A stretch of 64,000 nt of DNA from Squalus acanthias. Taxonomy: Eukaryota. The stretch is taken from positions 186,001 through 250,000 of the forward strand of contig JASTWF010000353.1 of assembly GCA_030390025.1 (NCBI GenBank), given 5' to 3'. Numbering within the stretch: the first letter of the stretch is position 1; each line of letters begins with the position of its first letter. The notes beneath the pieces were generated by a model, which saw only the letters and a list, made by a program, of their open reading frames with translations, was not told where the DNA came from and did no database searches. Made by a program: the position numbers and the translations under genes. This document shows positions 59,727 to 64,000 of this stretch, one piece after another.

Positions 59727-62105
59727 GAGATACTGGGACAGACTGTGAGATACTGGGACAGACTGTGAGATACTGGGACAGACTGTGAGATACTGGGACA
59801 GACTGTGAGATACTGGGACAGACTGTGAGATACTGGGACAGACTGTGAGATACTGGGACAGACTGTGAGATACTGGGACAGACTGTGAGATACTGGGACA
59901 GACTGTGAGATACTGGGACAGACTGTGAGATACTGGGACAGACTGTGAGATACTGGGACAGACTGTGAGATACTGGGACAGACTGTGAGATACTGGGACA
60001 GACTGTGAGATACTGGGACAGACTGTGAGATACTGGGACAGACTGTGAGATACTGGGACAGACTGTGAGATACTGGGACAGACTGTGAGATACTGGGACA
60101 GACTGTGAGATACTGGGACAGACTGTGAGATACTGGGACAGACTGTGAGATACTGGACAGACTGTGAGATACTGGGACAGACTGTGAGATACTGGGACAG
60201 ACTGTGAGATACTGGGACAGACTGTGAGATACTGGGACAGACTGTGAGATACTGGGACAGACTGTGAGATACTGGGACAGACTGTGAGATACTGGGACAG
60301 ACTGTGAGATACTGGGACAGACTGTGAGATACTGGGACAGACTGTGAGATACTGGGACAGACTGTGAGATACTGGGACAGACTGTGAGATACTGGGACAG
60401 ACTGTGAGATACTGGGACAGACTGTGAGATACTGGGACAGACTGTGAGATACTGGGACAGACTGTGAGATACTGGGACAGACTGTGAGATACTGGGACAG
60501 ACTGTGAGATACTGGGACAGACTGTGAGATACTGGGACAGACTGTGAGATACTGGGACAGACTGTGAGATACTGGGACAGACTGTGAGATACTGGGACAG
60601 ACTGTGAGATACTGGGACAGACTGTGAGATACTGGGACAGACTGTGAGATACTGGGACAGACTGTGAGATACTGGGACAGACTGTGAGATACTGGGACAG
60701 ACTGTGAGATACTGGGACAGACTGTGAGATACTGGGACAGACTGTGAGATACTGGGACAGACTGTGAGATACTGGGACAGACTGTGAGATACTGGGACAG
60801 ACTGTGAGATACTGGGACAGACTGTGAGATACTGGGACAGACTGTGAGATACTGGGACAGACTGTGAGATACTGGGACAGACTGTGAGATACTGGGACAG
60901 ACTGTGAGATACTGGGACAGACTGTGAGATACTGGGACAGACTGTGAGATACTGGGACAGACTGTGAGATACTGGGACAGACTGTGAGATACTGGGACAG
61001 ACTGTGAGATACTGGGACAGACTGTGAGATACTGGGACAGACTGTGAGATACTGGGACAGACTGTGAGATACTGGGACAGACTGTGAGATACTGGGACAG
61101 ACTGTGAGATACTGGGACAGACTGTGAGATACTGGGACAGACTGTGAGATACTGGGACAGACTGTGAGATACTGGGACAGACTGTGAGATACTGGGACAG
61201 ACTGTGAGATACTGGGACAGACTGTGAGATACTGGGACAGACTGTGAGATACTGGGACAGACTGTGAGATACTGGGACAGACTGTGAGATACTGGGACAG
61301 ACTGTGAGATACTGGGACAGACTGTGAGATACTGGGACAGACTGTGAGATACTGGGACAGACTGTGAGATACTGGGACAGACTGTGAGATACTGGGACAG
61401 ACTGTGAGATACTGGGACAGACTGTGAGATACTGGGACAGACTGTGAGATACTGGGACAGACTGTGAGATACTGGGACAGACTGTGAGATACTGGGACAG
61501 ACTGTGAGATACTGGGACAGACTGTGAGATACTGGGACAGACTGTGAGATACTGGGACAGACTGTGAGATACTGGGACAGACTGTGAGATACTGGGACAG
61601 ACTGTGAGATACTGGGACAGACTGTGAGATACTGGGACAGACTGTGAGATACTGGGACAGACTGTGAGATACTGGGACAGACTGTGAGATACTGGGACAG
61701 ACTGTGAGATACTGGGACAGACTGTGAGATACTGGGACAGACTGTGAGATACTGGGACAGACTGTGAGATACTGGGACAGACTGTGAGATACTGGGACAG
61801 ACTGTGAGATACTGGGACAGACTGTGAGATACTGGGACAGACTGTGAGATACTGGGACAGACTGTGAGATACTGGGACAGACTGTGAGATACTGGGACAG
61901 ACTGTGAGATACTGGGACAGACTGTGAGATACTGGGACAGACTGTGAGATACTGGGACAGACTGTGAGATACTGGGACAGACTGTGAGATACTGGGACAG
62001 ACTGTGAGATACTGGGACAGACTGTGAGATACTGGGACAGACTGTGAGATACTGGGACAGACTGTGAGATACTGGGACAGACTGTGAGATACTGGGACAG
62101 ACTGT

Positions 62106-62144
62106 GAGGTACTGGGATAGACTTGGGGGACAGGGACAGACTGT
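62106..62144. repeat. Variant-unit cassette, copy 2 (39-nt core only)
   Basis: The sequence gaggtactgggatagactt gggggacagggacagactgt is identical to 63886-63924. Confidence 0.88.
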
Positions 62145-63699
62145 GAGATACTGGGACAGACTGTGAGATACTGGGACAGACTGTGAGATACTGGGACAGA
62201 CTGTGAGATACTGGGACAGACTGTGAGATACTGGGACAGACTGTGAGATACTGGGACAGACTGTGAGATACTGGGACAGACTGTGAGATACTGGGACAGA
62301 CTGTGAGATACTGGGACAGACTGTGAGATACTGGGACAGACTGTGAGATACTGGGACAGACTGTGAGATACTGGGACAGACTGTGAGATACTGGGACAGA
62401 CTGTGAGATACTGGGACAGACTGTGAGATACTGGGACAGACTGTGAGATACTGGGACAGACTGTGAGATACTGGGACAGACTGTGAGATACTGGGACAGA
62501 CTGTGAGATACTGGGACAGACTGTGAGATACTGGGACAGACTGTGAGATACTGGGACAGACTGTGAGATACTGGGACAGACTGTGAGATACTGGGACAGA
62601 CTGTGAGATACTGGGACAGACTGTGAGATACTGGGACAGACTGTGAGATACTGGGACAGACTGTGAGATACTGGGACAGACTGTGAGATACTGGGACAGA
62701 CTGTGAGATACTGGGACAGACTGTGAGATACTGGGACAGACTGTGAGATACTGGGACAGACTGTGAGATACTGGGACAGACTGTGAGATACTGGGACAGA
62801 CTGTGAGGTACTGGGACAGACTGTGAGATACTGGGACAGACTGTGAGATACTGGGACAGACTGTGAGGTACTGGGACAGACTGTGAGATACTGGGACAGA
62901 CTGTGAGATACTGGGACAGACTGTGAGATACTGGGACAGACTGTGAGATACTGGGACAGACTGTGAGATACTGGGACAGACTGTGAGATACTGGGACAGA
63001 CTGTGAGATACTGGGACAGACTGTGAGATACTGGGACAGACTGTGAGATACTGGGACAGACTGTGAGATACTGGGACAGACTGTGAGATACTGGGACAGA
63101 CTGTGAGATACTGGGACAGACTGTGAGATACTGGGACAGACTGTGAGATACTGGGACAGACTGTGAGATACTGGGACAGACTGTGAGATACTGGGACAGA
63201 CTGTGAGATACTGGGACAGACTGTGAGATACTGGGACAGACTGTGAGATACTGGGACAGACTGTGAGATACTGGGACAGACTGTGAGATACTGGGACAGA
63301 CTGTGAGATACTGGGACAGACTGTGAGATACTGGGACAGACTGTGAGATACTGGGACAGACTGTGAGATACTGGGACAGACTGTGAGATACTGGGACAGA
63401 CTGTGAGATACTGGGACAGACTGTGAGATACTGGGACAGACTGTGAGATACTGGGACAGACTGTGAGATACTGGGACAGACTGTGAGATACTGGGACAGA
63501 CTGTGAGATACTGGGACAGACTGTGAGATACTGGGACAGACTGTGAGATACTGGGACAGACTGTGAGATACTGGGACAGACTGTGAGATACTGGGACAGA
63601 CTGTGAGATACTGGGACAGACTGTGAGATACTGGGACAGACTGTGAGATACTGGGACAGACTGTGAGATACTGGGACAGACTGTGAGATACTGGGACAG

Positions 63700-64000
63700 A
63701 CAGTGAGATACTGGGGACAGACTGTGAGGTACTGGGACAGACTGTGAGGTACTGGGACAGACTGTGAGATACTGGGACAGACTGTGAGATAGTGGGACAG
63801 ACTGTGAGATACTGGGACAGACTGTGAGGTATTGGGACAGACGGTGAGATACTGGGACAGACTGTGAGACACTGGGACAGACTGTGAGGTACTGGGATAG
63901 ACTTGGGGGACAGGGACAGACTGTGAGATACTGGGACAGACTGTGAGATACTGGGGACAGACTGTGAGATACTGGGACAGACTGTGAGATACTGGGACAG
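63700..64000. repeat. Variant-rich end zone of the array
   Basis: T>A at 63702, GGG>GGGG at 63713-63716, A>G at 63729 and 63749, C>G at 63792, C>T at 63832, T>G at 63843, cassette copy 3, and GGG>GGGG at 63953-63956. Confidence 0.9.
63826..63924. repeat. Variant-unit cassette, copy 3 (5 units, 99 nt)
   Basis: A>G at 63829, T>C at 63870, A>G at 63889, C>T at 63898, gactt deletion, then gggggacaggg. The offsets (0, +41, +60, +69) match copy 1. Confidence 0.85.

Larger units (their letters stand above)
1..64000. repeat. Tandem satellite/minisatellite array, 20-bp unit GAGATACTGGGACAGACTGT, about 3,200 copies, single orientation, both ends outside the window
   Basis: Each 60-nt line is three copies of the same 20-mer, apart from the local variants listed below. 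Unit composition on the + strand is 7 G, 6 A, 4 T, 3 C (50% GC, 65% purine), with no CpG. Confidence 0.99.

Noticed and set aside
60151..60160. Single-G deletion (GGG>GG), and the GGG>GGGG insertions at 63713-63716 and 63953-63956
   Set aside because: Isolated homopolymer length changes are the commonest sequencing error and slippage class, so they carry little information alone.
49131..63872. 4,913-aa minus-strand ORF from the supplied track
   Set aside because: It is just the translation of the stop-free strand of the satellite. Its start is a GTG created by the T>C variant at 63870 and its stop lies in the noisy patch. It has no synonymous variation between repeats, no recognisable domain and no unique termini, and it passes through 1-nt indels.
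1..64000. CRISPR array
   Set aside because: The repeats are directly abutting with no unique spacers, no leader and no cas genes.
1..64000. Telomeric tract with a long, yeast-like unit
   Set aside because: The unit has a GGG and G>C skew, but I do not recognise it as a known telomere repeat. With the G-rich strand on +, the chromosome end would be to the right and degenerate units would be expected on the left, yet variants accumulate on the right. It cannot be fully excluded without chromosome context (Bal31 sensitivity or read-end enrichment would test it).
1..64000. G-quadruplex-forming array
   Set aside because: The GGG tracts are separated by 17-nt loops, well beyond the canonical 1-7 nt pattern.
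1..64000. V(D)J recombination signal (minus-strand CACAGTC, 6/7 match to heptamer CACAGTG)
   Set aside because: There is no ACAAAAACC-like nonamer at 12 or 23 nt, and a short match like this is expected by chance.

Overview
The whole 64 kb window is one head-to-tail tandem array of a 20-bp unit, GAGATACTGGGACAGACTGT (reverse complement ACAGTCTGTCCCAGTATCTC). There are about 3,200 copies, all in one orientation, and the array runs off both window ends. I see no unique sequence, credible gene, RNA gene, mobile element or CRISPR spacer. The array has four zones: (1) an apparently invariant block, 1-48789 (2,439 full units); (2) a short, indel-rich degenerate patch, 48790-49135; (3) a second invariant block, 49136-59630; (4) a right-hand zone, 59631-64000, with scattered variants. 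Zone 4 includes a recurring multi-unit variant cassette and gets more variable toward the end. The two long minus-strand ORFs arise because the unit has no stop codon on that strand, so I do not treat them as genes. The simplest reading is satellite/minisatellite DNA whose extreme homogeneity may be partly produced by assembly or polishing. The organism cannot be identified from this window, and I find no support here for a novel coding system. Invariance was judged by eye, so isolated substitutions could have been missed.
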